This document shows, in pieces, positions 1 to 8,751 of a DNA stretch of 32,000 nucleotides. The first letter of the stretch is position 1. Every line of letters begins with the position of its first letter. The notes beneath the pieces are model-generated. The model saw only the letters and a list, made by a program, of their open reading frames with translations. It was not told the origin of the DNA and searched no databases. The stretch comes from Candidatus Iainarchaeum sp. (GTDB lineage Archaea; Iainarchaeota; Iainarchaeia; Iainarchaeales; CSSED10-239): assembly GCA_037441475.1 (NCBI GenBank), contig JBBISB010000001.1:276418-308417 (forward strand). Direction: 5' to 3'. The position numbers and the translations under genes are program-made.

Positions 1-814
1 CAGCCTCAAACTTGTAAGGAACATTGTTTGTTGTAAAGGAAGTTGTAGATACATTTTTTATCATATCCCCTCCAAACCTGAATGGTTCTTGAGACTCTAA
101 ATTTTTTTTCTTTGCTATTAAACACCCAATGCCTGTTGGTCCAAGCATCTTATGCCCTGTGAAAACTAAATAATCACAATCTAGAGATTTAAAATCAAGT
201 TTCATATGAGGAGCAGATTGAGAGGCATCAATCAAGGTTCTAGCTTTGTATTTCTTAGCTATGTTAATTATTTCTTTAATAGGTACAATGGTTCCTGTGG
301 TGTTTGAAACATGTGTTATGGCTATTAGTTTTGTTTTTTCAGATATTTTTTTTTTAAAATCATCCAGGTCTAATGTAAAATTTTCTTTAATATCTACAAA
401 CTTTAAAGTTAAACCAATCTTTTTAGATAAAAAAAGCCAAGGAACAAGGTTTGCATGATGTTCTAAAATTGAAACTAAGATTTCATCTCCTTTCTTAAAA
501 TAATCTGAGTTGTAAAGAGAGTACATTACAAGGTTTATAGCATCTGTACTGTTTTGACAGAAAACTACCTCTTCTTCCTTAGAGTTTACAAACTTAGAGA
601 CCTTTTCTCTACATCCTTCATAGATAACAGAGGCTATCATAGATAGCTTATGTATCCCTCTATGTATGTTAACAGGGTACTCTAAGTAATACCTGTTAAT
701 ACCTTCAATAACCTCTCTTGGTTTTAAGGAAGACGCTGCATTATCAAAATAGATTACTTTATTTCCCTTTAAAACACTGAAGTCTTCTCTTAACTTTATA
801 AAATCCATACATAT
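1..814 (-). CDS. sufS: Cysteine desulfurase, SufS/CsdA-like aminotransferase class V (truncated by window edge; probable frameshift near the N-terminus)
   Basis: Manual reverse-strand translation gives ...GNKVIYFDNAASSLKPREV...RGIHKLS...SEKTKLIAITHVSNTTGTIVP...LIDASQSAPHMKLDFKSLDCDYLVFTGHKMLGPTGIG...GGDMI...VPYKFEA, containing the PLP-lysine GHK motif. Continuous frame opens at ATG 814; the canonical-looking start MDFIKLREDF lies in another frame at 810. Not in the ORF track. Confidence 0.9.
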   Translation of the reverse strand, partial: MCMDFIKLREDFSVLKGNKVIYFDNAASSLKPREVIEGINRYYLEYPVNIHRGIHKLSMIASVIYEGCREKVSKFVNSKEEEVVFCQNSTDAINLVMYSLYNSDYFKKGDEILVSILEHHANLVPWLFLSKKIGLTLKFVDIKENFTLDLDDFKKKISEKTKLIAITHVSNTTGTIVPIKEIINIAKKYKARTLIDASQSAPHMKLDFKSLDCDYLVFTGHKMLGPTGIGCLIAKKKNLESQEPFRFGGDMIKNVSTTSFTTNNVPYKFEA

Positions 815-932
815 AATATAATACAATTATTTTAAATAGATTTTTATATGATAAATATATTAGATAAGACACTAATATTTATTAGAAAAATAAAGCCTTT
901 AAAGAAAATTACTTCTTTTCTGAAAATAAAGA

Positions 933-1005
933 AGCTCGGTAGTGTAGTGGCCAAGCATGTAAGACTCTGGATCTTACGACAGGAGTTCGAATCTCCTCCG
1001 AGCTA
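933..1005 (+). tRNA. tRNA-Gln (anticodon CUG)
   Basis: Acceptor stem AGCTCGG/CCGAGCT, anticodon stem TAAGA/TCTTA with loop CTCTGGA (anticodon CTG), T-arm AGGAG-TTCGAAT-CTCCT, discriminator A. Confidence 0.93.
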
Positions 1006-1043
1006 TTTTTCTTTTAAAAAAGACATAAAAGCGTGACATACAG

Positions 1044-1673
1044 ATGAAAATCGGAATTGATATTGACAACACCATTGCACCTACATTTAAAACAATAATT
1101 GAATATTTAAATAAAAAATATTCTTCTAAAAAAAGACACAAGCATTCTAAAAACCCATCTGGATATGATTTGTTCCATTCAGATTTTAAAACCTTTTACC
1201 CTGATTGGAAGGAGTTTATAGAAAGTGATAGCCATCATGCCATGAAACCTATAAAGGGATCTGTAAGAGTAATTTCAAAATTAAGTAAAAAACATGAGAT
1301 TTACGTACTTACAGCAAGAGCAAGTTATCAAAGGGTATCAACAGTCTTTTGGATAGACAAGCATTACAAAAATAAATTTGAAGAAATCCTTTTCCTTGAC
1401 TACCATAACGATGATAACACCAAACCAGTATTTACAAAAGGAGATCTTTGTAAAAAATTTAAACTTGATGTAATGATAGAGGATGACTTTTTACAAGTTA
1501 TAGATATTGCAAACAAGAGCGAGGATACAAAGATATTCTTGTTTGATAAAAACAACCAGTATACCTGGAATAAAAAAAGACCACTTCCAAAAAACACAAA
1601 AAAAATAGAAAGTTGGAAGGATGTTGAAAGAGAGATTGAAAAGTTAACAAATAAAAGGACTACTGGAAAGTAG
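1044..1673 (+). CDS. HAD-superfamily 5'-nucleotidase (NT5C/YqfW-like) protein
   Basis: N-terminal MKIGIDIDNTIAP (DxDxT motif), YVLTARAS motif and DVMIEDDF acidic motif. Confidence 0.7.
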   Translation: MKIGIDIDNTIAPTFKTIIEYLNKKYSSKKRHKHSKNPSGYDLFHSDFKTFYPDWKEFIESDSHHAMKPIKGSVRVISKLSKKHEIYVLTARASYQRVSTVFWIDKHYKNKFEEILFLDYHNDDNTKPVFTKGDLCKKFKLDVMIEDDFLQVIDIANKSEDTKIFLFDKNNQYTWNKKRPLPKNTKKIESWKDVEREIEKLTNKRTTGK

Positions 1674-1899
1674 AAATATTTATTTCTTGATTTAAGTCAT
1701 TATTACCATCTGTATTTTCATCAAAAATACCCATGTTCTGTGTTGAAGAAGAATCTTGAATTATTGAGGATGAAAAATCTTCCTCTACAGAAACTTTTTC
1801 TAAAGCCAGGTTCTTTTTTGCAAGAATAGCAATGGTAATTAGAAATACAATCAAAAGGGCTAAGGCAATAATTATTCCTAAAAATAGTTTTCTATTCAT
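1660..1899 (-). CDS. Small hypothetical single-pass membrane protein
   Basis: 79 aa ORF with N-terminal hydrophobic segment FLGIIIALALLIVFLITIAIL and acidic tail; 9 nt downstream of the reductase gene; overlaps the 3' end of the HAD gene convergently. Confidence 0.5.
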   Translation of the reverse strand: MNRKLFLGIIIALALLIVFLITIAILAKKNLALEKVSVEEDFSSSIIQDSSSTQNMGIFDENTDGNNDLNQEINISTFQ

Positions 1900-1908
1900 G
1901 GTTAAATA

Positions 1909-3105
1909 TCACATCATCATAAACTTAAATATCTCTGGTGCAAGAGATAATGCTTTTTTGTTAAGAAGTATCTTTGACATAAAGACAGTGGGATAATCCA
2001 TGCTCCCATGCTCTTCTAAGATAGCAGGTATACCAGCATCCTTTATCTTTAAAAGTAATTTATCTTGTTCAAATATTGTTTTTGAAAAGAAATATTTTCT
2101 TATCTTGTAGTGCATATTAAGTTCCTTCTTATATTCTTTTAAGTAAGTGTTATATAAGGAAAGAGACTTATACCCTTTTATCCTATCGTTAATAGCTCTT
2201 GCTGCCATCTCTGAGGACATTAAACCAAAATTAACTCCCCCACCAGTAGTTGCTTTAACAAAACAAGCTGCATCACCTACAAGCAAGATGTTTTTATAAA
2301 CAAGATTTTTTAAAGGTCTTGAGATTGGAAGAATACCTGAGCATTCATATGTTTCTTTTGTGTAAGAAAGCTTATGCTTTTCTTTAAACTTTAGAAACAT
2401 CTCTTTAGGGTTTTTACCTAAGGAAACACCAAGCCCTATTTTTGCTGTGCTTAAAGATTCTGGAACAACCCATGCAAATAAACCTTTTGCAAAATCACCT
2501 AAGTATACTGAAACTCCTTTATTATCAAAGTCACCCTCTACATTTACTTGATAGGTATGGATAAACTCTTGATTTTTAATTTCAGGGAAAAAAGTTTTTC
2601 TTACAAAGGAGTTAGGACCATCAGCACCAACTAAAAAATCAAACCTAAGCTCCTCTTTATTATTATTTTCAAGATCTAAATAAGTTATGAATGTTTCTGT
2701 AATCTCAATTACTCTTTTACCTGTTAAAACCTCAACTCCAAAATTCTCAACAAGCTCTTTTATCTTACTATCAAATTTTTCTCTATCAATAACATAGGCT
2801 TTTATGTCCTTTGAAAACACATCTATTTTTGCTTCAAGAGGGCCATAAATATGAGCACCATAGATTTTGTTTAATAAAAAGTCCTTTAAGACAAGGTTAT
2901 TTTTAAGCTTAAGCCTATTGTAGCCAGTAACATCTATTAAACCACTACAACAAACTGGAGATCCACAGGTTTTATGTTCTTCTATAACAGTAACAATAAT
3001 GTTTGGATTTAGTTTCTTTAGAAGATAAGCACAGTAAAGACCAGTTGGGCCTCCACCTACCACAATTATTCTTCTATCAATTCCTTCTATCATGTTTATT
3101 ACCAA
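1909..3105 (-). CDS. Geranylgeranyl reductase family FAD-dependent oxidoreductase
   Basis: N-terminal dinucleotide fold IIVVGGGPTGLYCAYLL, C-terminal FAD motif NILLVGDAACFVKATTGGGVNFG typical of the archaeal digeranylgeranylglycerophospholipid reductase family; internal start at MIEGIDRR possible. Confidence 0.82.
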   Translation of the reverse strand: MVINMIEGIDRRIIVVGGGPTGLYCAYLLKKLNPNIIVTVIEEHKTCGSPVCCSGLIDVTGYNRLKLKNNLVLKDFLLNKIYGAHIYGPLEAKIDVFSKDIKAYVIDREKFDSKIKELVENFGVEVLTGKRVIEITETFITYLDLENNNKEELRFDFLVGADGPNSFVRKTFFPEIKNQEFIHTYQVNVEGDFDNKGVSVYLGDFAKGLFAWVVPESLSTAKIGLGVSLGKNPKEMFLKFKEKHKLSYTKETYECSGILPISRPLKNLVYKNILLVGDAACFVKATTGGGVNFGLMSSEMAARAINDRIKGYKSLSLYNTYLKEYKKELNMHYKIRKYFFSKTIFEQDKLLLKIKDAGIPAILEEHGSMDYPTVFMSKILLNKKALSLAPEIFKFMMM

Positions 3106-3113
3106 TTAAATAT

Positions 3114-6100
3114 TTATTTATTACTTCTTTTAACAGCATCTAAGATAAACTCATAGTTACTATCATAAGTTGCTTTCTTTTCAATCTCACTTTTTGAAGA
3201 ATCTTCTTTCTTTGGATTTTCTAAAGTTGATTTGTCATCTTTATTACCACCTAGATATTTATTTATTTCTGGTTTTGCAGAAAATTCTTCAAAAGCTTGA
3301 TCCTTTTTCTTACGTGAAGAAGCTAAAAGCCAGATTACTAAAAGTAAAACAATGATTACTAAAAATATAACTGATATTAAAAATAAAGTTTTAGTATCAA
3401 ATCTAGGTTTTGAAAAATTAATATCCTCTTTGTTTACAAAACCAGTTAAAAGTAAAGGAGTATCATAAACAATACTATCGTACTTTGTTAAAACATCAAA
3501 ACTTGTTATTGGACTTAAGCTTATGTATTTTGTTGAAACAGAGAAGTTTTTAGGGATAACTATATTATAAAGAACAATTGGGTCTGGGTCAATAACTATA
3601 ATTTCTCTATCAAAATAAATTTTATCTGTGTGCTTTGCAACATCCTTTGGAATTACCTCTATAAAGGAAATGATTTTATCTTGATTTGTATCATTTGTAA
3701 AATTTAAAACTGAAGAATAGAAGTTTTGACCAGATATTTCGAATACAGAGAAATCTCTTGTGACTGATATTAAATTTAAATCACTATTATTAATATGAAA
3801 GAATAAGAGATTATCTGAAAGTATATTTTGATCTAAAACAATTTTATTTAAATCATAATTATGGTTTGTAAAATCAATAACCATTGTTTTTGTTTTTAAA
3901 ACAGTTTCTGTAGGTAAAGTTGTTAAGATATCTAAAAGAAGGTTACTTGCAGCAGTATATGTGTTTACAGCTTCAGAGAAATTATTTCCTTCAAGAGCAG
4001 AAGCTTGTGCAATTTTTTCTTTAGCTAAATTAAATTTATCTAAAATGTCTGTAGAAACATTTATAGATATTGACTCTAAGAAAGAAATTCTATCTTCAAT
4101 TATTTTTCTATTACTATTAATTTCTTTAATAAGATTTTCTTTTAGAAGTAAAGCTTCATCTACATTATCAATCTCAAAATTAATAATTTTTGTATCATAG
4201 TTTAAGGCAAGATCATAAGAAAGAACATGCATTTTATAAAAACCATCTAGGTAGTTTAAAGTGTTTAAAGAACATTCATAATTAGTGTTTGAATCTTCTA
4301 TAAAACAAACTTCTTCATTATTGTTTAAAAGATACTGTACTCTAAAGATATCTGAAGAGAAGTTAGTTAATTCAAAACTATGAATTTTAATTTCATCAAA
4401 GAAAGTATGATTAACATCAAAAGTAGGAATATTAGCATCAATTACAAAAGTAAAAGTGTCAGTTGAGGTTTCATTGTTGTTGTTTGTTCCTGTTATTTCA
4501 ACAGTACCATCACCCCTTGTTTGAAAGTCATAGGTAAAGGTTGTTATAAGGTTATTATAGAGTGGCATAATAGTTGTGAAATTTCCAGTACCTATTTTTA
4601 ACCTCACTATAGGGTTTTGTTTTAAAGCTTGGTCACTGGTTATAGAAAAACTAGAAACTCCTTTTTTTAAATAAATAACATCTAAAACAGTGTTTTTAGG
4701 AATAACATTAAAAGTAAAAGAAGGACCAAACCTTCTTGCATTTGCAGAAGCAATGCTTGATAAAGCTGATTGGTTTAAAACCTTATCAATTGCAGAAACT
4801 TTAAAATAAAATTTTTTATTTTCATTAGGGCTAAAAGTATACTCTGTACTAGAAGTTATAAAGCTTAGAGATGTTTCTGAAACTGACTCATATTCTGAAT
4901 AGTAAATCTTGTATTCCTTTAATCCACTACCATTAACATCAGTTGATGCAGACCAGGTTAATTTTATAGAACCATTTGAAAGTTCTGTTGCGACTATGTT
5001 TGTTGGAATTGTTGGGGCTTGAGAGTCATACCTTATAGTAGTTGATTTTCTTATTATTGTAAAAGGTTCATCTTCACTTCTTCCTTCAACATATACCCTC
5101 TTTTCTCCTTGCTCAGTAGTACATCCATTTCCTGAAGTGATATTAAAAGCATCATAAACAGTTGATGTTCCTGACACCTCAACCCAAGAAGTAAAAGTTG
5201 AAACATTACAACTAAACCTTACAGCATTAACATCAGAACCGTACTCTAAAGTTATTTCTGGTGTTGCTTTAGTCACATAATTAGAATAATCTGTTTTAAT
5301 CTCTATATTTATTGAAGGACCAGTCTTAATAGACGCTGGAGTTACTAAACTTAAGTTTCCTGCATTATCAACAGCTGAAACTCCATAATGGTAAGTGGTG
5401 TTATCTGATTTTGAAGAAGTATCTACACATGATTTTGTAGCTGAAGCTGCAACTGTACATACTAATGTTTGATTTGTTATGGTTGTAAAAGAAGAGGTTG
5501 CTCTATATACCCTATATTCTTTCAAACCACTTTGAGCATCTGTTGCATTTCCCCAGTTTGCTATGGTTATGTTATTATCAATCGCTCTTGTTAAGGTTAG
5601 AACTGTTGGAGTTGTTGGAGCATTAGAGTCAATAATTATTGTAAAAGTCTTTTCATTTAAATTTCCTAAAAGATCAGTTGCTGCAAATTTATAACTTCCA
5701 TTAATGTCATAATCAACTGTGTTGAAATCAAAATAAAAACCACCAAATGAGGAATTGTAATCAGCAAGCTTTACATCATTTCTATCAAGCTGTGTAAATA
5801 AAGATTCATTTCTAATACCAATACCTGTGTCTTGTAAAGAAATTGTTAAAATCTTTGTTGTTGATGGTGTGTAATAAGTATTATTATCTGAAAAACTACC
5901 TAAACTAAAGTTAGTTACTTGCGGAGAAGTATTGTCTACTAATAATATTTTTTTATTGTTTTTTGCAGTAGCTTCTACACCTAAGTTACCTGCATTATCT
6001 AAAGCATCTAAGATAACATAATAGTTACCATCATTTACTCCTGATAATAAACCTAAATTTATGAAGGTATTATTTGAATCTACGATTACTCTTTTTGTAT

Positions 6101-6662
6101 AGTTTGTTCTATAGGCATCAAGACTTGCAAAAGGAACTATGTATGCATAATAACTTTTTAAACCAGAGTATGCATCTGAAAAAGAAGATATGCCTGTAAT
6201 GTTTGCATCTCCTTTATAATAATCATTTACTTTTGTTTCTAAGGAAGTAAGGTTGAAAGTTCCTACAACCGTGTTAACTGTATCAACCATTAGATTTGCA
6301 GAAACACCTGTGTATGTTAAGACAACAGTATCTTGAGAGTTTACTAATATATTTGGCACAGCAGGATTATTTGCAGTAAAGTTTATTGAAAAGTAACCAC
6401 TATAGTTTCTACTTAAGTTACAGTAAAGAGGAAAAGTATAACCAGGTGTTGCATTTGAAGAAATTGTAATATCTATAAAATCAGAAATATTACAATCACT
6501 GCCCATGTTACTTACTTCAACATTAAACTCAGATGCTGAGTTTGTGTAAGTTAAAAGCTGGCCATTTATTTTTACAACAGGAACTGAGAAAACAAAGCCA
6601 GTTAAAAGTATTGTAAAAAATGCAAGTAATAAAAATTTATTTTTAATCATATTTAAAGCCAT
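3114..6662 (-). CDS. Large secreted or membrane-anchored surface protein with FnIII-like domains
   Basis: Signal-like N-terminus MIKNKFLLLAFFTILLTGFVFS, Asn/Ser/Thr-rich extracellular part, two FnIII-like units (APTTPTVLTL...GLKEYRVYRAT and APTIPTNIVA...GLKEYKIYYSE), C-terminal TM helix LFLISVIFLVIIVLLLVIWLLA and Lys-rich tail. Confidence 0.8.
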   Translation of the reverse strand: MALNMIKNKFLLLAFFTILLTGFVFSVPVVKINGQLLTYTNSASEFNVEVSNMGSDCNISDFIDITISSNATPGYTFPLYCNLSRNYSGYFSINFTANNPAVPNILVNSQDTVVLTYTGVSANLMVDTVNTVVGTFNLTSLETKVNDYYKGDANITGISSFSDAYSGLKSYYAYIVPFASLDAYRTNYTKRVIVDSNNTFINLGLLSGVNDGNYYVILDALDNAGNLGVEATAKNNKKILLVDNTSPQVTNFSLGSFSDNNTYYTPSTTKILTISLQDTGIGIRNESLFTQLDRNDVKLADYNSSFGGFYFDFNTVDYDINGSYKFAATDLLGNLNEKTFTIIIDSNAPTTPTVLTLTRAIDNNITIANWGNATDAQSGLKEYRVYRATSSFTTITNQTLVCTVAASATKSCVDTSSKSDNTTYHYGVSAVDNAGNLSLVTPASIKTGPSINIEIKTDYSNYVTKATPEITLEYGSDVNAVRFSCNVSTFTSWVEVSGTSTVYDAFNITSGNGCTTEQGEKRVYVEGRSEDEPFTIIRKSTTIRYDSQAPTIPTNIVATELSNGSIKLTWSASTDVNGSGLKEYKIYYSEYESVSETSLSFITSSTEYTFSPNENKKFYFKVSAIDKVLNQSALSSIASANARRFGPSFTFNVIPKNTVLDVIYLKKGVSSFSITSDQALKQNPIVRLKIGTGNFTTIMPLYNNLITTFTYDFQTRGDGTVEITGTNNNNETSTDTFTFVIDANIPTFDVNHTFFDEIKIHSFELTNFSSDIFRVQYLLNNNEEVCFIEDSNTNYECSLNTLNYLDGFYKMHVLSYDLALNYDTKIINFEIDNVDEALLLKENLIKEINSNRKIIEDRISFLESISINVSTDILDKFNLAKEKIAQASALEGNNFSEAVNTYTAASNLLLDILTTLPTETVLKTKTMVIDFTNHNYDLNKIVLDQNILSDNLLFFHINNSDLNLISVTRDFSVFEISGQNFYSSVLNFTNDTNQDKIISFIEVIPKDVAKHTDKIYFDREIIVIDPDPIVLYNIVIPKNFSVSTKYISLSPITSFDVLTKYDSIVYDTPLLLTGFVNKEDINFSKPRFDTKTLFLISVIFLVIIVLLLVIWLLASSRKKKDQAFEEFSAKPEINKYLGGNKDDKSTLENPKKEDSSKSEIEKKATYDSNYEFILDAVKRSNK

Positions 6663-6743
6663 TATATTTTAGTTTGTTTTTTAAACTTATATATTATATA
6701 TATTTATAGTAAAGCTATTTAAATGTTTTTTTTAAGGTAATAA

Positions 6744-7484
6744 TTGATGATAAGAACAATTTTTTATAATAATAAGAAAATAACCATAATTGGGACTGCT
6801 CATATTTCTAAAAAAAGCAAACAAACTGTTAAGGAAACAATAGATTTTGAAAAGCCTGATGTGGTTGGTATTGAACTTGATATTAAGAGACTTAGAAGTG
6901 TAATGAATAAAGAAGAGAGAAGAGAGATAAGGTTTAAGGATGTTTTTAAAACTAGAAAACCTGCTCTTTTTATGGTTTATTATTTTTTACATAAGTTTCA
7001 AAAAAAGATAGCAAGCCAGGTTGATACAACCCCTGGAGAAGAGATGATTCAAGGGGTCCTCTCTGCAAAAGAGAATAACTCAAAACTTTTACTTCTTGAT
7101 AGAGATGCTGAGTTTACTTTAAGCAAGCTTTTAAAGAACTTAACCTTTAGAGATAAGATGAGACTTTTGTTTAGTGGTTTTTCTACAAGAAAAGAGCTTG
7201 GAAAAGACTTTGATGTAAATGTTCTTTTAAAAAGTGTAGATGATGAAGAAAGTAATGAGAAGTTAAATCATTTTTTAGAAATATTTATGAAGAGACATAA
7301 GACCTTAAAGAGAATAATGATTGATGAAAGAGATCAGTTTATGGCTTATGGTATTAGAAAGACTTTAGAAAGTGAAGATGTTAATAGCATGGTTGTAGTT
7401 GTTGGGGCTGGGCATATGGAAGGACTTTCAAAAGAGATCTTTAATGAGAATATAAATGTTAAAAAGCTTTTAAGTTATAAATAG
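6744..7484 (+). CDS. TraB/PrgY-family protein, short form
   Basis: IGTAHISKKSKQTVKETIDFEKPDVVGIELDIKRL and VVVVGAGHMEGL motifs characteristic of the TraB family; 246 aa without the membrane tail often present. Confidence 0.85.
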   Translation: MMIRTIFYNNKKITIIGTAHISKKSKQTVKETIDFEKPDVVGIELDIKRLRSVMNKEERREIRFKDVFKTRKPALFMVYYFLHKFQKKIASQVDTTPGEEMIQGVLSAKENNSKLLLLDRDAEFTLSKLLKNLTFRDKMRLLFSGFSTRKELGKDFDVNVLLKSVDDEESNEKLNHFLEIFMKRHKTLKRIMIDERDQFMAYGIRKTLESEDVNSMVVVVGAGHMEGLSKEIFNENINVKKLLSYK

Positions 7485-7520
7485 TTTTGCTCTAATTTTT
7501 AAAAAAATAAATATTATAAA

Positions 7521-7762
7521 GCTTCTGGCGGGAATTGAACCTTTCAAAAAAAGAAAGAAAAATAAAAAAATTTAAAAAAAAAGTAAATATTCTAGATAGG
7601 GGAGCACACACAAAGTAGTTTTCCGTTTAAACACGTAGAGTTTCGCTCCTCCTAACTATCGGATCGGCATTGTATTGTCATATCCTTTTGCAAGTTTGAT
7701 TTTTTTGCTCTTCTCTTTATCATCTCTATTAAGAATAGCTTTTTTCAAACTAATATAACTAA
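7521..7762. other. Unassigned structured intergenic element, candidate non-coding RNA locus (strand uncertain)
   Basis: Intergenic, locally GC-elevated stretch with several complementary segments: GGGGAGC 7599-7605/GCTCCTC 7645-7651 (one G.U if + strand), GATA 7595-7598/TATC 7657-7660, GGAT 7661-7664/ATCC 7682-7685, AGTTTGA 7693-7699/TCAAACT 7745-7751, CTATT-AAG-AATAG 7726-7738, CTTTC-A7-GAAAG 7541-7557. No ORF. Confidence 0.35.
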
Positions 7763-7903
7763 GATGTAACAAGTATATATATATAATACCACTTTTAATA
7801 TACAAAAAAGAACATAATAAACAAAAGGTATGTGCCAGTTAAAAATAGTATATATAAAAGAAGAGTTTATTTAATTATTTAACCATTGATAATTAACAAC
7901 AAA

Positions 7904-8428
7904 CTACCCGAAAAAAACAATCAAAATAACTATTGAGTTATAAAGAAAGTGGGCTGCATATAGAGGATAAAGATTTTTAAGTCTTTTAAAATAATAAGCA
8001 AGCACAATACCTAAGATAAAAGCACCAGTTACCTCAACAATAGAACCATACCCATAATGAGCAATTCCAAATAAAGCTGCAGAAAATAACACCCCCATCT
8101 TTGAAACTAAAAACCCTCTAAAAAACCATTCCTCTAAAAATACCCTTACAACAAGTAAGTAAATTAAAAGAAAAGGAGAGAGTGTTTTTATCTTCTCTGT
8201 CACAAGATTTAAATCAGAGTATCCAAACAATGAAAAAATAAGACTTACAAAGATACTAATGAATATCAGTAAAAAGAAAATAATTATTGTGTGCTTTAAA
8301 AATTCCTTAAAAGAAATCTTCTTAAGCCCAAAACTATAAAAAATATCCTTTAACTTGATATTTCTATTTAAAAAAAATAAAAAATAGAGAGGAAAAAATA
8401 ATAAAAAAAAATCTAATATATAAAAAAT
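7904..8428 (-). CDS. CPBP-family (CAAX-like) intramembrane metalloprotease
   Basis: Motifs EEWFFRGFL, FGIAHYGYG and HFLYNS. Track start (TTG 8230) is probably internal: the frame is open to 8434 and a GGTGA motif (8435-8439) sits 6 nt before an in-frame ATT at 8428. Confidence 0.75.
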   Translation of the reverse strand: MFYILDFFLLFFPLYFLFFLNRNIKLKDIFYSFGLKKISFKEFLKHTIIIFFLLIFISIFVSLIFSLFGYSDLNLVTEKIKTLSPFLLIYLLVVRVFLEEWFFRGFLVSKMGVLFSAALFGIAHYGYGSIVEVTGAFILGIVLAYYFKRLKNLYPLYAAHFLYNSIVILIVFFG

Positions 8429-8484
8429 ATTAACTCACCTTTTTTTAATAACTATAACTTTTTCCTTTTATTAAATAAACAAAA

Positions 8485-8712
8485 CTATTCCCAAACTGTA
8501 GTTGCACATTTACCACAAGCGTATCTAATTTGTCCATCTTTTGTTTTATGAGAACCCATTTTAACACCTGTACCACACTTAGGACAATCTTTACCTTTTC
8601 TTGTAACATTTGAGCCAGAAACTTCATAGAACTTATTAGCTTTTACTCTAACAGTTTTTTTATGAACCTTCTTTCCTTTCTTAACTGAATTTGCTCCTTT
8701 CTTTTTACCCAT
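8485..8712 (-). CDS. rps27ae: Ribosomal protein eS31 (S27ae)
   Basis: Zn-ribbon CPKCG...CGKC with S27ae-like basic N-terminus and GSHKTKDGQIRYACGKC. Confidence 0.92.
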   Translation of the reverse strand: MGKKKGANSVKKGKKVHKKTVRVKANKFYEVSGSNVTRKGKDCPKCGTGVKMGSHKTKDGQIRYACGKCATTVWE

Positions 8713-8751
8713 AATTTTTCACCTTAATTTTTAAATTTTTTATACCAAAAG

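Noticed and set aside
246-458. 70 aa plus-strand ORF
   Set aside because: Antisense to the well-supported cysteine desulfurase coding region.
848-1036. 62 aa plus-strand ORF in the track
   Set aside because: It overlaps tRNA-Gln (933-1005) completely in its 3' half; the encoded residues derive from tRNA sequence.
7521-7545. Functional split, permuted or intron-containing tRNA
   Set aside because: The T-stem does not pair, no D-arm or anticodon arm or complementary 5' half is present in the interval, so only a tRNA-like fragment is supported.
7590-7830. SRP 7S RNA or RNase P RNA gene
   Set aside because: The region resembles neither: no GGAA/AGCAG-type helix 8 signature and no GAGGAAAGTCC- or ACAGAA-like conserved regions were seen; a covariance-model search is still required.
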